IMG/VR virus record: IMGVR_UViG_3300033074_001459
Span: 207-64,206 of that record
Reading direction: 5' to 3' (one strand)
Source: a virus
Lineage: Duplodnaviria; Caudoviricetes
Length of the DNA stretch: 64,000 nucleotides
The first letter of the stretch is position 1. Every line of letters starts with the position of its first letter. This document shows positions 1-10,613 of this stretch, piece by piece. The notes under the pieces were generated by a model. The model was given only the letters and a program-made list of their open reading frames with translations, did no database searches and was not told the origin of the DNA. The position numbers were made by a program, and so were the translations under genes.

Positions 1-622
1 CGGGCTTGGTGGTTTGGCGTACGGGGCTTATAAGACGTACAAGGCAATCAAGGGTGCGACCGAGGCAGGAAAAGCAGGCGCAGACGCTTTCGCCAGAGCG
101 GCTACACAAGCCGGGCAGGCTCCGGTTCGTTCTGGTGTGCGCGTAGGTGAAGGCGTGGTGGAAGGGGCGGCTCGCCCCGTGCGCACGCCTAAACCCACCC
201 CTCCGGCTACCTCTCCTTCTGCCCCCGCCGCTCTTGGGTCTGGTCGCACAGCTCCAGGCGCTGCGCCTGGTAATCCCCAGAGTCAGGCTCTGGCCCGGGC
301 CCCGGTAGAGGCGGTGTTCATAGAGGACGCCCCTGCTGCCGCTGTGGCGTCGGGCGCTCGTCAGGGTCTGCCCGCCCCCGCTCGTAAAGCCTTGCCTTCT
401 CCCCGAGGAGGTGAAAGGGTAGGCGAAGGTACGGTGCAGGGAGCCGCTCGCCCGGTTCGTAAACAGAAAGCCATATCCAAGGACGCCGAATCCTGGAAGC
501 AAATTACGGAACCCTTGCCTAACAAGGGCTCTGAAAAGACAGGAACTCGTCTGCCCAAAGGCACCCGAAAGGAACTCAAGAAAGTATCCAGGTTCATCGG
601 GGAAGGCAAAAAGAACAAGTAA
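1..622 (+). CDS. C-terminal part of an Ala/Pro/Gly/Lys-rich putative internal virion protein (open at left edge)
   Basis: Frame is open from base 2 (GGG CTT GGT GGT TTG GCG TAC). It has an internal ~20-aa repeat (GVRVGEGVVEGAARPVR / GERVGEGTVQGAARPVR) and lies directly before the ejection-protein genes. Confidence 0.55.
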   Translation, partial: GLGGLAYGAYKTYKAIKGATEAGKAGADAFARAATQAGQAPVRSGVRVGEGVVEGAARPVRTPKPTPPATSPSAPAALGSGRTAPGAAPGNPQSQALARAPVEAVFIEDAPAAAVASGARQGLPAPARKALPSPRGGERVGEGTVQGAARPVRKQKAISKDAESWKQITEPLPNKGSEKTGTRLPKGTRKELKKVSRFIGEGKKNK

Positions 623-631
623 GGAGTATCT

Positions 632-3076
632 ATGCCTCAGACTCAAGGACCCGTAGTAATACAAAATCCCCGGCAGCAGAACTACTTTGGTGCCGCACTG
701 GGCCAGGGTCTGGGGCAGGCTGCCGGTGCAGTCCTCTCAGGGGTGGCCGGAGCTGCCGGTAAATTCCTGGGGAACCTCATTCACGAGGATCCCCAGGAGG
801 CTCTAATTAAGGCCAACACTGATGTAACCCGGTCGGCTAACCTGCAGAACGCCCTGGCCGCTTACCAGAACTGGTTGGCGGCTGGTGGCGAGGACCGGGT
901 AAACAGCCCAGAGAGCCGTTCTCAGTTTGCGCGGTCCTATCACCTGGATGATGAAGAGGCTGCTGCGTTTGAATCGTTGGCTGCAAGCACCGATACCAAG
1001 TCGGGAATCCTGCAAAAGGCTAACTCGAATGCCGCCACTTCCTCTGAGTTGTCTGACTACGAGCAGAAGCAGGAGGGGCTAGCACCATTTACAATCGGCG
1101 GTGGACTGTCTGCTTCGGTTCCTCCGCCTGAGATGACTGCTCAGGGAGGTACTTCCGCCCAAAATGGTAAGGCAAGCACAGGGGTAGCACCTGCTGCCGC
1201 TGCTTCCCTCGTGCAGCCCACGGTACCTACTGCCTCCAATACTTCCCCTGAGAAACTGGCGGAGATTCAAGCCAAAGCTGAGAGCCCTTTGACCCCTCCT
1301 GCTCCTTCGGCTCAGGCTGAGGCTCAGCAGAAGGAGTTGGCGGCTGGTACTACGGTAGCCCCGGCTAAGGAGCTTCCCCCTATCGCGCGTAAAGCAGACG
1401 CTCTCGTGGAGCCTCCGGCCCCCAAGCCTGCGCCTATCTCCCCGCAGGAGGCACAGAAGCGCAGGGCTTTGGCTAATCTGGCATTCACCCGGCTTCAGGG
1501 TACTATGGCCCAGTTGGGGCAAATTCGACTGGCCCACGAGAAGGGTACCGTTGACCCCAAAATGACCAACGCCGCTGTGGCTATGACTCAGGCTATGGAG
1601 TCTGACATCAACTCGATGGTGGAGCAGGGTTTGGCCCTTCAGGGGTTACCCCCTAATCGGGATGTCAACTTCGCGAAAGCCTCGTATCAGCTCGCTGCGT
1701 ACAAAGCATCTCACGACCCAGTTATGATGGAGCGCCTGAAGGCGGCGGGGTGGGATACCGACCAGATTATGAGCGAAGGCCAAAAGTGGGTAGACACTGC
1801 TTCCAAGATGAGTCCAGCCGCTTTGACTATGATTACGCCAATGGCCGACCTGTTCAAGTTTGAGCCCGGTAACCAGAGCACCATTAACGCATCTATCGCC
1901 AAGAACCACCTGGAGTTCAACAAGCAGGTGCACGCCGACGAGGTAAAACAGGCGAACGAGATGATGCAGCTACGGCGCAACGAGGACGCCCGTCAGGATA
2001 AGATACTAGCCACCAAGCTGGGACTCGATATGGAAAACGTCCGAGGGCTTCGGTTGTCCAATGACCTGAAGGAGCAATTGATGGGGCCTATGGCCGAGGA
2101 GGGACGCCTCAAGGTATCGCAGCTCCGCCAGCAAATTCAGCAACAGGCTAAGGAGTTCGGAGTTACTCTAGAGGGGAAAGAGCTGAACAATCTGGCTTCG
2201 TACGCGGTGCTGGTGGACCACGACTACGACGTATTTCTGAAGATGCAATCCCGCCAGGATACGGCAGACGCAGCAGCCGAAGCGAAGGCTTACGACCGTA
2301 TTACCAAAATCGAAAAAATCCGCGCCGACTACATCAACCAGACTAAGAAGGGCAACTTAGGGGCTTTGATTGATTCGGTCTCCAAGATTTCCCCAGCCGA
2401 GGTTGAGCGGAGAGCTAAGAAAAACCCGACCGCTTTTCAGGAGGCGCTGTCCCTGGTGGCTGAAGGTACTCCCACAGAAGCTGACAAGGTGCAAGCAGCC
2501 ATTGCAGTGGAGAGCCACGAATACGCCGAGTATCTGAGGCAACTCCACGATTACGACAAGGCCATCGAGAAGCAGAACGCGCTTATCACTCGGATTGTGG
2601 CCAAGCAAGACAAAGGCGTGGCAGCAGCCTTCACAGAGTGGCAGAAGGCGATTCGTGACCCTGCTAACGCTGGGCAGGTTGCTGCGCAAAAACGCAACCT
2701 GGATTTCCAGTTGCAATCTTATGCCCAGGGAGTGTACGACAAGCAGCGCACCCGGATTATCGACGCCGTGAAGGGTATGGATACCATCACCGCTAAGCAG
2801 GCTCTGCTGAACAGCCCTGACAAGCTGGATGTGATTCTCGGTAACTTTGCGGTTACGGACGGCAAAGTGAAAGTCACTTCAGGGGGCTTAAGCGACGAGG
2901 AGAAGGCTGCGCTATTCATTATGGCGAGGACGCCGGGTGGTGTTATGTCCCCAGACCAGTTCTCCAAGATGCAGCTAGGACCCCAGACCTTGGGACAAAG
3001 GTTTGGCAAAAATACACAAGAGGCATATAATGCCTATAGGAAATTCCAACAGGTGGTAGGCGCGAATGCAACTTGA
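632..3076 (+). CDS. Putative internal virion (DNA ejection) protein, 814 aa
   Basis: AAGGAG RBS; N-terminal GxxLGQGLGQ glycine-rich segment followed by long helical Ala/Gln/Lys-rich region; sits just before the giant SLT-bearing protein as in podoviruses. Confidence 0.6.
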   Translation: MPQTQGPVVIQNPRQQNYFGAALGQGLGQAAGAVLSGVAGAAGKFLGNLIHEDPQEALIKANTDVTRSANLQNALAAYQNWLAAGGEDRVNSPESRSQFARSYHLDDEEAAAFESLAASTDTKSGILQKANSNAATSSELSDYEQKQEGLAPFTIGGGLSASVPPPEMTAQGGTSAQNGKASTGVAPAAAASLVQPTVPTASNTSPEKLAEIQAKAESPLTPPAPSAQAEAQQKELAAGTTVAPAKELPPIARKADALVEPPAPKPAPISPQEAQKRRALANLAFTRLQGTMAQLGQIRLAHEKGTVDPKMTNAAVAMTQAMESDINSMVEQGLALQGLPPNRDVNFAKASYQLAAYKASHDPVMMERLKAAGWDTDQIMSEGQKWVDTASKMSPAALTMITPMADLFKFEPGNQSTINASIAKNHLEFNKQVHADEVKQANEMMQLRRNEDARQDKILATKLGLDMENVRGLRLSNDLKEQLMGPMAEEGRLKVSQLRQQIQQQAKEFGVTLEGKELNNLASYAVLVDHDYDVFLKMQSRQDTADAAAEAKAYDRITKIEKIRADYINQTKKGNLGALIDSVSKISPAEVERRAKKNPTAFQEALSLVAEGTPTEADKVQAAIAVESHEYAEYLRQLHDYDKAIEKQNALITRIVAKQDKGVAAAFTEWQKAIRDPANAGQVAAQKRNLDFQLQSYAQGVYDKQRTRIIDAVKGMDTITAKQALLNSPDKLDVILGNFAVTDGKVKVTSGGLSDEEKAALFIMARTPGGVMSPDQFSKMQLGPQTLGQRFGKNTQEAYNAYRKFQQVVGANAT

Positions 3077-6000
3077 CCCCCAGGCCGCAGAACTATTGAT
3101 GATGCCTGAGAAGAAGGAGGAGCCCCCCGCTCCTCCTTCCTCTATGCCAGTTCAGGAGGACGCGGTGCCTGATGACGCTGCCGCCTTGCTGGATGTTCCA
3201 GCTCAGCCTGTTCCCTCGAACAACAAAGGTACCGTGGTTATGGACGAATGGACCAAGGCCACGGTGGCTGACTTGCTCAAACCCAAGCAAGAGCAGGTGG
3301 CCAAGTACCCCCAGGCTACGCCATACGACGTAGCGAGAGTTGCCACCGAGTCCGGCATAGGGCTACCCAACGAGCCCGGTCCCCGGGAGCAGCCCACCCT
3401 GCTGCCAGGACGAAAAGACCAGGTTAGCTACGTGCGTCAGTCTGTGTACGGCGGTGCTGACGTGGCCGGGCTGAAGGATGCGCCTTTAGGCGGAGCCTAC
3501 CTCCTACGAAAGTACGCCAACGAGAACGGTCTGGAAGTACTATTCACCAGCGGCGCTCGCCAGAATGGTGGTGACAGCTACCACGATTTCGCCGAGGCTG
3601 TAGACGTGCGTATTATGAAGCGCGGAAAGTCTGGGCAGCTTTACGCTATGAGCCCAGAGGAGGAAGTGCAGTGGGGGGTCAAGCTGGGCAAGAAGGCCGG
3701 ATGGGCTTCGATGCTCAACGAGATTGGTTTTGACCCCGGTGGGCACAAGACCGGCGACCACTTGCACTTCGCCTGGGGCGTGGAGCGCAACCTGAAAGGC
3801 GACCCTAGTCACCACCTTCTGAATGAGCGATACCCGGAAGATGCCAACTATCTGAAGATGAACCCCAGCGCCAAGCTGGCCCCGGCTGGTGACAAGAACC
3901 GCAGCCGTATACCGGCTATGGCCGAAGTCATCGCTAAGGCCGAGGGGCTCGACCCGGACATCTTCGTCAGAATGGTGCAAGCAGAGTCTAACTTCGACCC
4001 GGCAGCAGTCTCCTCAGTGGGGGCTACCGGTCTGGTTCAGATGATGCCAGACACGGTCAAGGAAGTAGCCGCTCAGCTAGGGGTATCCCCCGAGGAGTAT
4101 TACGCTAGCCCCCACATGCAGCTCAAGTTCGGGGCTCAGTATCTCAAGACCCAGCTCAAAGCCAACGGCGGAAACTACGCCAGGGCGCTGGCTGCCTATA
4201 ACGCAGGTCCCGGTGCTCTGGACGAGTTCAAGAAGGGCAAAGAGATTTACGCCGAGACTCGGAACTACGTCAAGAATATCCTTGGCGATGTTCCTGATTC
4301 GGGGATAGCCAGCGAGCAGGATGCGATTGCAGCCATTGTGAATGGTACCGGCCGCACCCTGGACCCGGACCACGAGAAGAAAGCCGTCCAGCACCTGAGC
4401 AACGGAGTCAAATCAGAGTCCGAGGGGTTCCTCTCTCGACTCTGGGAGTACGGAGAGAATGCGCTCAGTAAGATTCCGGGTATGCAAGGGGCCGCCCTTG
4501 CTTCAGAAGCATCTCGTAAGGGCTCTTTGGAAGCAGTCATCGAAGACCCATCGTCCAGATATCGCAAGCAGATAGCCGATGTATCGGATTTTGCCGGTCT
4601 GGGAATGGGGCTTGACCATTTCCTTCCCTGGTTCCAAGAGAAGCTAGAAACCCGAGAGTCTCAAAAGGCCGAGGTGGCTGACCACAATCTGTTCGACCAG
4701 GTATTCGGAGAGAACGGAGCCGTCCAGCGCAACATCCCGTCCTTGATTGGGATGTACGTAGGTGGCGGAGTAATACACAAAGCCCTCAAAGGGCTGCCTA
4801 TATTCTCGGCTGCAGGCAAGGGCACGGCAAGCGCACTGGATACCCTGGCCTCCAAGTCTGCCAACCCTATGATTACCAACCTGCGTGCTATGACCGCAGG
4901 AGGGGCTGGTAGTCAGACGGCTAAGTTCACAGCCGATTTGCTGGAAAGCTCTGCAGTAGGGGCTACAATGATGGGAGTCAGCGGAGCTGTAGACTGGCTC
5001 ACCACCGAAGGGAATGACCCCATCTCAGACCCTGCGGGTTTGGCCAAGGCAGTGGTGGCCCATAGCGCCATAGGCGGAGGGTTGGGCATATTCTTGGGCA
5101 CGTCCTTGCCTATGTTGGGGGCTACCCTTCTCAACACCGCCGGTAATCTGGCTGGTAAGTCGCCTATGGCCAACAACCTGATAGGGGCTATAAGCGAATT
5201 CTACCAAGGTGCTAGCACAATGCAGCGGGCGTCTATGCGTACCATTGCAGGGGCCGGACTGGGCGGAGCCCTTGGAGCCGCTTCTGATATGCTGGGAATA
5301 ACGTCCACCGTATTTGGAGAGGACTCAGGCAACTTGGGTCTTACGGCAGGTACAGGAATAGGCGGAGCTGCTGGGCTCGGCGTTGTCCCAGTCTTGTCCA
5401 AGGTTATGAATTGGAGCGGCCTGTCCAAAAAGCTGGCCGATTCTCCTATGGGCAAAGCTGCCGCAGAGTACGCCGGTAAGGTTGTAGACAATCTGAACAC
5501 GGCGCAACTCCGGGCTATGACCAAAGACATTCTGGATTCGACTGACCAGGCTATGGACCTGAGTTACCGTGACCGTACGTTCCGTATGGCCAACGGCGCA
5601 GACCTGATGCTGACCAAGTCCTTGGAGTCTCTCAAGGGCAACATCACGGAATCGGCCAAGAAAGCTACCATAGCTCTGTCCGAGAAGCAGAAGCTGGATA
5701 CCGAATTCCAGACTATGGTGCAGCAGATGGAGGCCGGTGAGAAGTCTATGCCCCAGGCTGTAGACTTCCTGAACTCCAAGCAGCAGTTGGAAGCGGAGTT
5801 CGCCGAACTACAGAAGCAGGGTGCGCAACTGGCTGAACAGGTGAAGAAGGGGCAAGCACCCGGTGCGGCTCCTATCCCCGGCCTGTCTCCAGAAACCCAG
5901 CAAAGCCTGGGAGGTGCGGCTACGCAGGCGCAGCAGATGTCCGCAGCCCAGGTCAGTGGCACGTTGATTCAGGCCAAAATCGCCGAGGTTCAGAATCGTA

Positions 6001-9000
6001 TTGAGGGTATGAACGACATCCTCAAAAAGGATAAGGACCTGAATGCGCAGGTTATGCGCCTGACCAACAACCGGAATGCTATGACCCAGAGAAAGGCTGC
6101 TTACGAAGCAAAGTCCCTGGAACTCACCAAGCTGGCCGAAGACTCCAAAGCTGTGCTAGAGGGATTTCAGGATACCGAGAAAACCCTAAGCAACCTTCAG
6201 TCCAAATTCCAGGACATTATGAAGAAGGCGCAATCTCCCGAGGATTTCAGGGCAGACTTTGGGGATGTAATCGAGCTGCCCAAAGTATCAGAAACTGTGG
6301 ATAGCACCCTGCTAGACCCGGTAAAGATGCGGGAAGCGCATAAGGATGTTCTGGCCGATTTCGTGAATCAGGTGATGCACAAGTCGGTATTCCAGGGGTC
6401 TACGCCTGTTCCGGCCGAGCTGATTAACGACCTGTCCGGTCAGTATATGACTATGCGGGCCAAGGGCGGCAAGCTGCGCGAGAATGCCAAGACCGTATTT
6501 GGTGACCTGAAAGAACGAGTCAGCAGCCTGAAAAAGGAGCTGAACGTGAAGAGCAGTGATTCCGGCGCTTTGATAAAAGCGTACAGGGATTCACTGAGCA
6601 CCGAGAAGGTCAAAGGCGTCTTCAGTGCTGACAAGAAGTTGCTGGAGAAGAAGGCCCAAACCCTGCCATTCGACAAGTCCAAGGTACACCAGGGCGGCAA
6701 GTGGATGGCTATTGATAGCACGGTGCTATACAAGGATTGGTACAACAAAGCCATAGACCATGAGATGGGTCAGCTAGAATGGCACCAGCACAATACAGCC
6801 AGGGCTATCGAAAGAGGTATTGATGTAGGGGACCTGGACCCCACCACCCCTATTCCAGAGCCCCAACCTGTAACCCGGGAGCAGGCCATCGTCAGCCTCA
6901 ACAAGCGCATATCCGATTCGGCCAAGACCTGGAGAGAACAGCTTATGTGGGGTGACTATACCCCGTTGGAGAACGGCAAGGCTGACTTGATTGAGAAGCT
7001 GGGTTACGCCCAGGCTCATATGGATTTGGGAGAGTCTCACCTGATTCTGAACGTCGGTGAGGATATGAACCGTAAGGTTCTGTCTCAAGAAGTCACGAAG
7101 ATGTACAAGCAACAGAAGATGCAGGAGCTGAAAGACCTGCTCTCTGAAATCGAGGCTACCGAGAAGTTGGTATCCGGGCCGTTAGCCAATCCCATAATTC
7201 CTGATTTGAAGAAGGCCAGTGACACGGGCAAGCCGTACTCCACGGCTGTGTCCGGTCCATACGCTATGGGGGCCGAACCCCGAGAGATGCTGAACCCGGA
7301 GAAAACCGTGCAGTACCTCTCCAAGCGCATTCAGCAGTTGGAAGAGGTAGTCAAGGGACAACCCTTCACCGATGCCGAGAAGTACCAACTGTATCTGAAA
7401 AACGGAGGCAACCTGAGTATGTCTCCGGCGGCTGTACAGGAGTTCGTAAAGAACGGCGGCGACCTGTCCAAAGCATCTCCCGAGGTTCGGGCGTTCATCG
7501 ACTACAACACCCTGCACCACATTGAAGAAATCAAGCGAGTTCGATGGCTGGACCGAAATGTTATCGGACAGGCAGCAGGAGGCAGTGAGCGCATCGTTTC
7601 CGCCAGTCGCGAACTCCGAGCAGCAGGTATCCCCGAGCTGTCTGACCCTACGGTACAACCCATCATCAAGTTCGTTGAGGAGACTTTGTCCCAGATCGAC
7701 TCGGCCAAGATTATGGACTACAACCAGTTCGTGTCCGATATGATTCGGTCGGATTCTTTTCATATGCGCGACCTGCAGGGTATCGCTTCCAAGGGCTGGC
7801 AAGACCTGATTGAGGGCCGCAACCGAGCTGTTCACGTGGTGATGGAGGAGATGATTGTTCCTGCCTTCAACAATGAGTTCTCCAGGTTCAAGGAAGCCCT
7901 GGGCAAAGAAATGACTCCTGTAGAGGAGGCCGCATTCTTTCGGGAGATGGCCGACTCCGTAGAAGACCTGGGCGAAATGAAGGCGTTCAAGGAGAAGTAC
8001 AAGGACAAGGCTGAGGGGCTCATCAAGCTGCACTACGGCGTGCAGAGCGTGTTCGAAATGATTCGTGCCAACAGCCCGGAGCTATACGATTGGGCGCGTG
8101 CCAACTACTGGCCTCACCGGTGGAAGAAGCTGGCCGAGCACAACTCCCTGGCCAAGGCCCTGGGCAAGGTGGGCATCTCGGCCGAGATGGCTTCAGAGCA
8201 CGCGCGTGAGCACCCTACCTTGAAGTACGCGGACACTCAGCGCGAAGAATTCCGTAATATGCTAAAGAAGAAGCGTATTACGGAAGAGGAACTCCTCGGG
8301 GAGTTTGATGACGACCGCGCCAAGCTGTTGGAGTATGGACGAGAGCCTGCACAACAAGCACAGTGGGACCGACTCACCGTCAAGGAAAAGGAAAAGTTGC
8401 GCAAGGTGGCCGACAAGAAGGCTATGTTGCTGCTGGCTGATGACCCGGTATTAGACCCCCGGGAGCTGTACCGTATGCAGTTCTCCAGCGTTTGGAGAGC
8501 TGACGCGGTTCGCCGACTGCTGCGTACCTGGAATAATACGCACGTCCCGGCCATTCTGAAAGACGGCTCCAGCAAGATGTACCGTCTGATGGAGATTGGG
8601 GAGGGTAAGGGCAACTACCAGGTAGGCGAGATGGTTAACGGCAAGGTGGGCAAGCTCCGTCCCTACCACAACCTGGGTGAGATGGAGAGCTTCAAAAACG
8701 TGAAGTTCCGGCACCCGGACTATGCTGAACCTGTGAACGCCAAGGATATTTGGATTCACCCGGAGCTGTGGGGCTACCTCAACAATTTTGTGGGTGGGGA
8801 TACCCGGCCCTACACCGGGGCTATGGGTACGCTTGCACGGGGTTGGGAACTGGGTATGAACGTGGTTCGTAATTCGGTTCTGATTGGTCCGTTCTTCTCC
8901 CACATGCATCAGATGATTAGCGGTTCGATGGGTGAGTTCTGGCGCACCCCGATGCGGGCTGCCAACCTGATGGGTGCGGGTAAAGCCATCCGTGTGCGAG

Positions 9001-10613
9001 GATTGGAAGGGTCGGCTTCTCTGGCCGAGGCCGTACGTTCTGGTCTGAACGTCAAGATTATGGAACACGGGACTCAAGCCATCGCCCACAGCTTGGTGCA
9101 AGACTACGGCCTGGACACGGCCAACAAAATCTACGGGGTCGAGAACCTTGGATTCCTGAAATTCTTGCAGGCTATGGACCCAACCGACCCGATGAACAAG
9201 GAAGCTCGCAAGCAGTTGGGCACGGTGGGTGGATTCGTAGCCGACACCGTAGGCACCCTGACCAAAGCAGACTACGTGATGAACCGCGAAATGCTGTTCA
9301 AGCCTATCGAGCAGGGGCAGTTGGCAGGGTTCTGGTTCCGTACTATGGAGTACCTGAGAGAGCACCAAGCCGAGCTGATGGAGCTTCCTCCAGAGCGTCG
9401 TATGGCGGTAGCTCAGCAGTGGGCGGCCGATATGACCAACCGGTATATGGGTACGCTCCCTGGAGCCCTGGTCAACAACCCCATACGGCAGGTCATCAAC
9501 AAATCGGTTATGACCCCGTCCTGGTGGATGTCCAAGGCGTACACCATTGCTGATGGTATCGACAGCGCGGTGTTCATCGCTGCGCACAAGGCGTCTGGCG
9601 GTCGTATCAAGCGTTCCCTGGCTCAGGCAATCGGGCGAGAGGCGTTCTCGATGTATCCACCAGAAGTCCGTATGGCTGCTCGTACCAGAATGGCTACCGG
9701 TATCGCAGCCGGGCTGATCGGGTCCTTCGCCAGCGTTATTGCAGCACAGTACATCATAGACCGCACGATGCCTTGGGAAGGCAGCCCACCAGACAAGTGG
9801 CTGCACGTCCGGTTCGGTGGAAACTACTACACCGGCCCGGTCCAGGGCTTCACTCGTGACCTGTTCAAGGACATTTTGCATATCTACGGCAACTATGCTG
9901 ACGGCAAAGGAGTTATGGAGAACGTATTCGACACCCTGGGCCGGGCAGTGTCGCGCACCCTGGCTCCCCCGGTCAAGGGTGTAGCCGCCATCCTCGGTGC
10001 CAACCTCCCGGGTATGACGCAGAGGGATGGAGGATTCTCGGAGCGGGCTCTCGGTTACCTGGACGAGTACTCCTCTCAGCTCTCGTCGGCCCCGGAACTG
10101 GCCGGGTTGGACAGCAACGCAACCTTCTCAGACCTGGCTGCCAAGGTATTCTACCCGTTTCTGTCTGAGGACAGGAAGCGGGAAATCTCGGCCAAGACTC
10201 TAACCAGTGAGCAATACCTGGCTCGTATAGGTGGATTCTTCGATACCAAAGATGAAGGCGAGTTTATGCGTGCGCGAGGAGAAATCCACGACCGTAAACG
10301 GGCTATTGAAGCAGAAGACGTAAGGAGGCTATCCCCTTATCTGAACAAGATACGGCTGTACTATAACTCTGGCGATACCGCCAAAATGACCGACGCTATG
10401 AAGTCCTTGATGAATGCTTATTCACAGGGTACTCCTGTCACTGACCGGGCTTTGAAAGCCCTATATCCCAATGGCTACAGAATGAGCCAGCAGAAGCTAT
10501 CTTCCTTGATCCGACGTGCTATCAATCCAGACTCCGCTGCCTTCCAAGGAGCAGGCCCGGAGACTGTATTGGGTATGGTTAACCTAACTGGCGAATTGGA
10601 TGACGACGAATGA
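3066..10613 (+). CDS. Giant internal virion/ejection protein with M15-type Zn peptidase and lytic transglycosylase (SLT) domains, 2515 aa
   Basis: SYHDFAEAVD (H-x6-D) plus DHLH (H-x-H) is an LAS/M15 motif set. VQAESNF, GATGLVQMMPDT, ALAAYNAGPG and ETRNYV are SLT motifs. The rest is helical. Confidence 0.8.
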   Translation: MQLDPQAAELLMMPEKKEEPPAPPSSMPVQEDAVPDDAAALLDVPAQPVPSNNKGTVVMDEWTKATVADLLKPKQEQVAKYPQATPYDVARVATESGIGLPNEPGPREQPTLLPGRKDQVSYVRQSVYGGADVAGLKDAPLGGAYLLRKYANENGLEVLFTSGARQNGGDSYHDFAEAVDVRIMKRGKSGQLYAMSPEEEVQWGVKLGKKAGWASMLNEIGFDPGGHKTGDHLHFAWGVERNLKGDPSHHLLNERYPEDANYLKMNPSAKLAPAGDKNRSRIPAMAEVIAKAEGLDPDIFVRMVQAESNFDPAAVSSVGATGLVQMMPDTVKEVAAQLGVSPEEYYASPHMQLKFGAQYLKTQLKANGGNYARALAAYNAGPGALDEFKKGKEIYAETRNYVKNILGDVPDSGIASEQDAIAAIVNGTGRTLDPDHEKKAVQHLSNGVKSESEGFLSRLWEYGENALSKIPGMQGAALASEASRKGSLEAVIEDPSSRYRKQIADVSDFAGLGMGLDHFLPWFQEKLETRESQKAEVADHNLFDQVFGENGAVQRNIPSLIGMYVGGGVIHKALKGLPIFSAAGKGTASALDTLASKSANPMITNLRAMTAGGAGSQTAKFTADLLESSAVGATMMGVSGAVDWLTTEGNDPISDPAGLAKAVVAHSAIGGGLGIFLGTSLPMLGATLLNTAGNLAGKSPMANNLIGAISEFYQGASTMQRASMRTIAGAGLGGALGAASDMLGITSTVFGEDSGNLGLTAGTGIGGAAGLGVVPVLSKVMNWSGLSKKLADSPMGKAAAEYAGKVVDNLNTAQLRAMTKDILDSTDQAMDLSYRDRTFRMANGADLMLTKSLESLKGNITESAKKATIALSEKQKLDTEFQTMVQQMEAGEKSMPQAVDFLNSKQQLEAEFAELQKQGAQLAEQVKKGQAPGAAPIPGLSPETQQSLGGAATQAQQMSAAQVSGTLIQAKIAEVQNRIEGMNDILKKDKDLNAQVMRLTNNRNAMTQRKAAYEAKSLELTKLAEDSKAVLEGFQDTEKTLSNLQSKFQDIMKKAQSPEDFRADFGDVIELPKVSETVDSTLLDPVKMREAHKDVLADFVNQVMHKSVFQGSTPVPAELINDLSGQYMTMRAKGGKLRENAKTVFGDLKERVSSLKKELNVKSSDSGALIKAYRDSLSTEKVKGVFSADKKLLEKKAQTLPFDKSKVHQGGKWMAIDSTVLYKDWYNKAIDHEMGQLEWHQHNTARAIERGIDVGDLDPTTPIPEPQPVTREQAIVSLNKRISDSAKTWREQLMWGDYTPLENGKADLIEKLGYAQAHMDLGESHLILNVGEDMNRKVLSQEVTKMYKQQKMQELKDLLSEIEATEKLVSGPLANPIIPDLKKASDTGKPYSTAVSGPYAMGAEPREMLNPEKTVQYLSKRIQQLEEVVKGQPFTDAEKYQLYLKNGGNLSMSPAAVQEFVKNGGDLSKASPEVRAFIDYNTLHHIEEIKRVRWLDRNVIGQAAGGSERIVSASRELRAAGIPELSDPTVQPIIKFVEETLSQIDSAKIMDYNQFVSDMIRSDSFHMRDLQGIASKGWQDLIEGRNRAVHVVMEEMIVPAFNNEFSRFKEALGKEMTPVEEAAFFREMADSVEDLGEMKAFKEKYKDKAEGLIKLHYGVQSVFEMIRANSPELYDWARANYWPHRWKKLAEHNSLAKALGKVGISAEMASEHAREHPTLKYADTQREEFRNMLKKKRITEEELLGEFDDDRAKLLEYGREPAQQAQWDRLTVKEKEKLRKVADKKAMLLLADDPVLDPRELYRMQFSSVWRADAVRRLLRTWNNTHVPAILKDGSSKMYRLMEIGEGKGNYQVGEMVNGKVGKLRPYHNLGEMESFKNVKFRHPDYAEPVNAKDIWIHPELWGYLNNFVGGDTRPYTGAMGTLARGWELGMNVVRNSVLIGPFFSHMHQMISGSMGEFWRTPMRAANLMGAGKAIRVRGLEGSASLAEAVRSGLNVKIMEHGTQAIAHSLVQDYGLDTANKIYGVENLGFLKFLQAMDPTDPMNKEARKQLGTVGGFVADTVGTLTKADYVMNREMLFKPIEQGQLAGFWFRTMEYLREHQAELMELPPERRMAVAQQWAADMTNRYMGTLPGALVNNPIRQVINKSVMTPSWWMSKAYTIADGIDSAVFIAAHKASGGRIKRSLAQAIGREAFSMYPPEVRMAARTRMATGIAAGLIGSFASVIAAQYIIDRTMPWEGSPPDKWLHVRFGGNYYTGPVQGFTRDLFKDILHIYGNYADGKGVMENVFDTLGRAVSRTLAPPVKGVAAILGANLPGMTQRDGGFSERALGYLDEYSSQLSSAPELAGLDSNATFSDLAAKVFYPFLSEDRKREISAKTLTSEQYLARIGGFFDTKDEGEFMRARGEIHDRKRAIEAEDVRRLSPYLNKIRLYYNSGDTAKMTDAMKSLMNAYSQGTPVTDRALKALYPNGYRMSQQKLSSLIRRAINPDSAAFQGAGPETVLGMVNLTGELDDDE

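Noticed and set aside
139-460. 20-aa internal repeat in the first ORF
   Set aside because: Ordinary low-complexity duplication in a disordered virion protein.
8451-9881. 476-aa minus-strand ORF and similar long antisense ORFs (7182..8033, 17047..17751, 24715..25398)
   Set aside because: Shadows of GC3-biased genes on the opposite strand, with no RBS or motifs.
3066-10613. Virion RNA polymerase (N4 or crAss type)
   Set aside because: No DxDGD/DFDID or T7-like polymerase motifs recognised; the size is explained by ejection-protein architecture. A structure search would be needed to exclude it.
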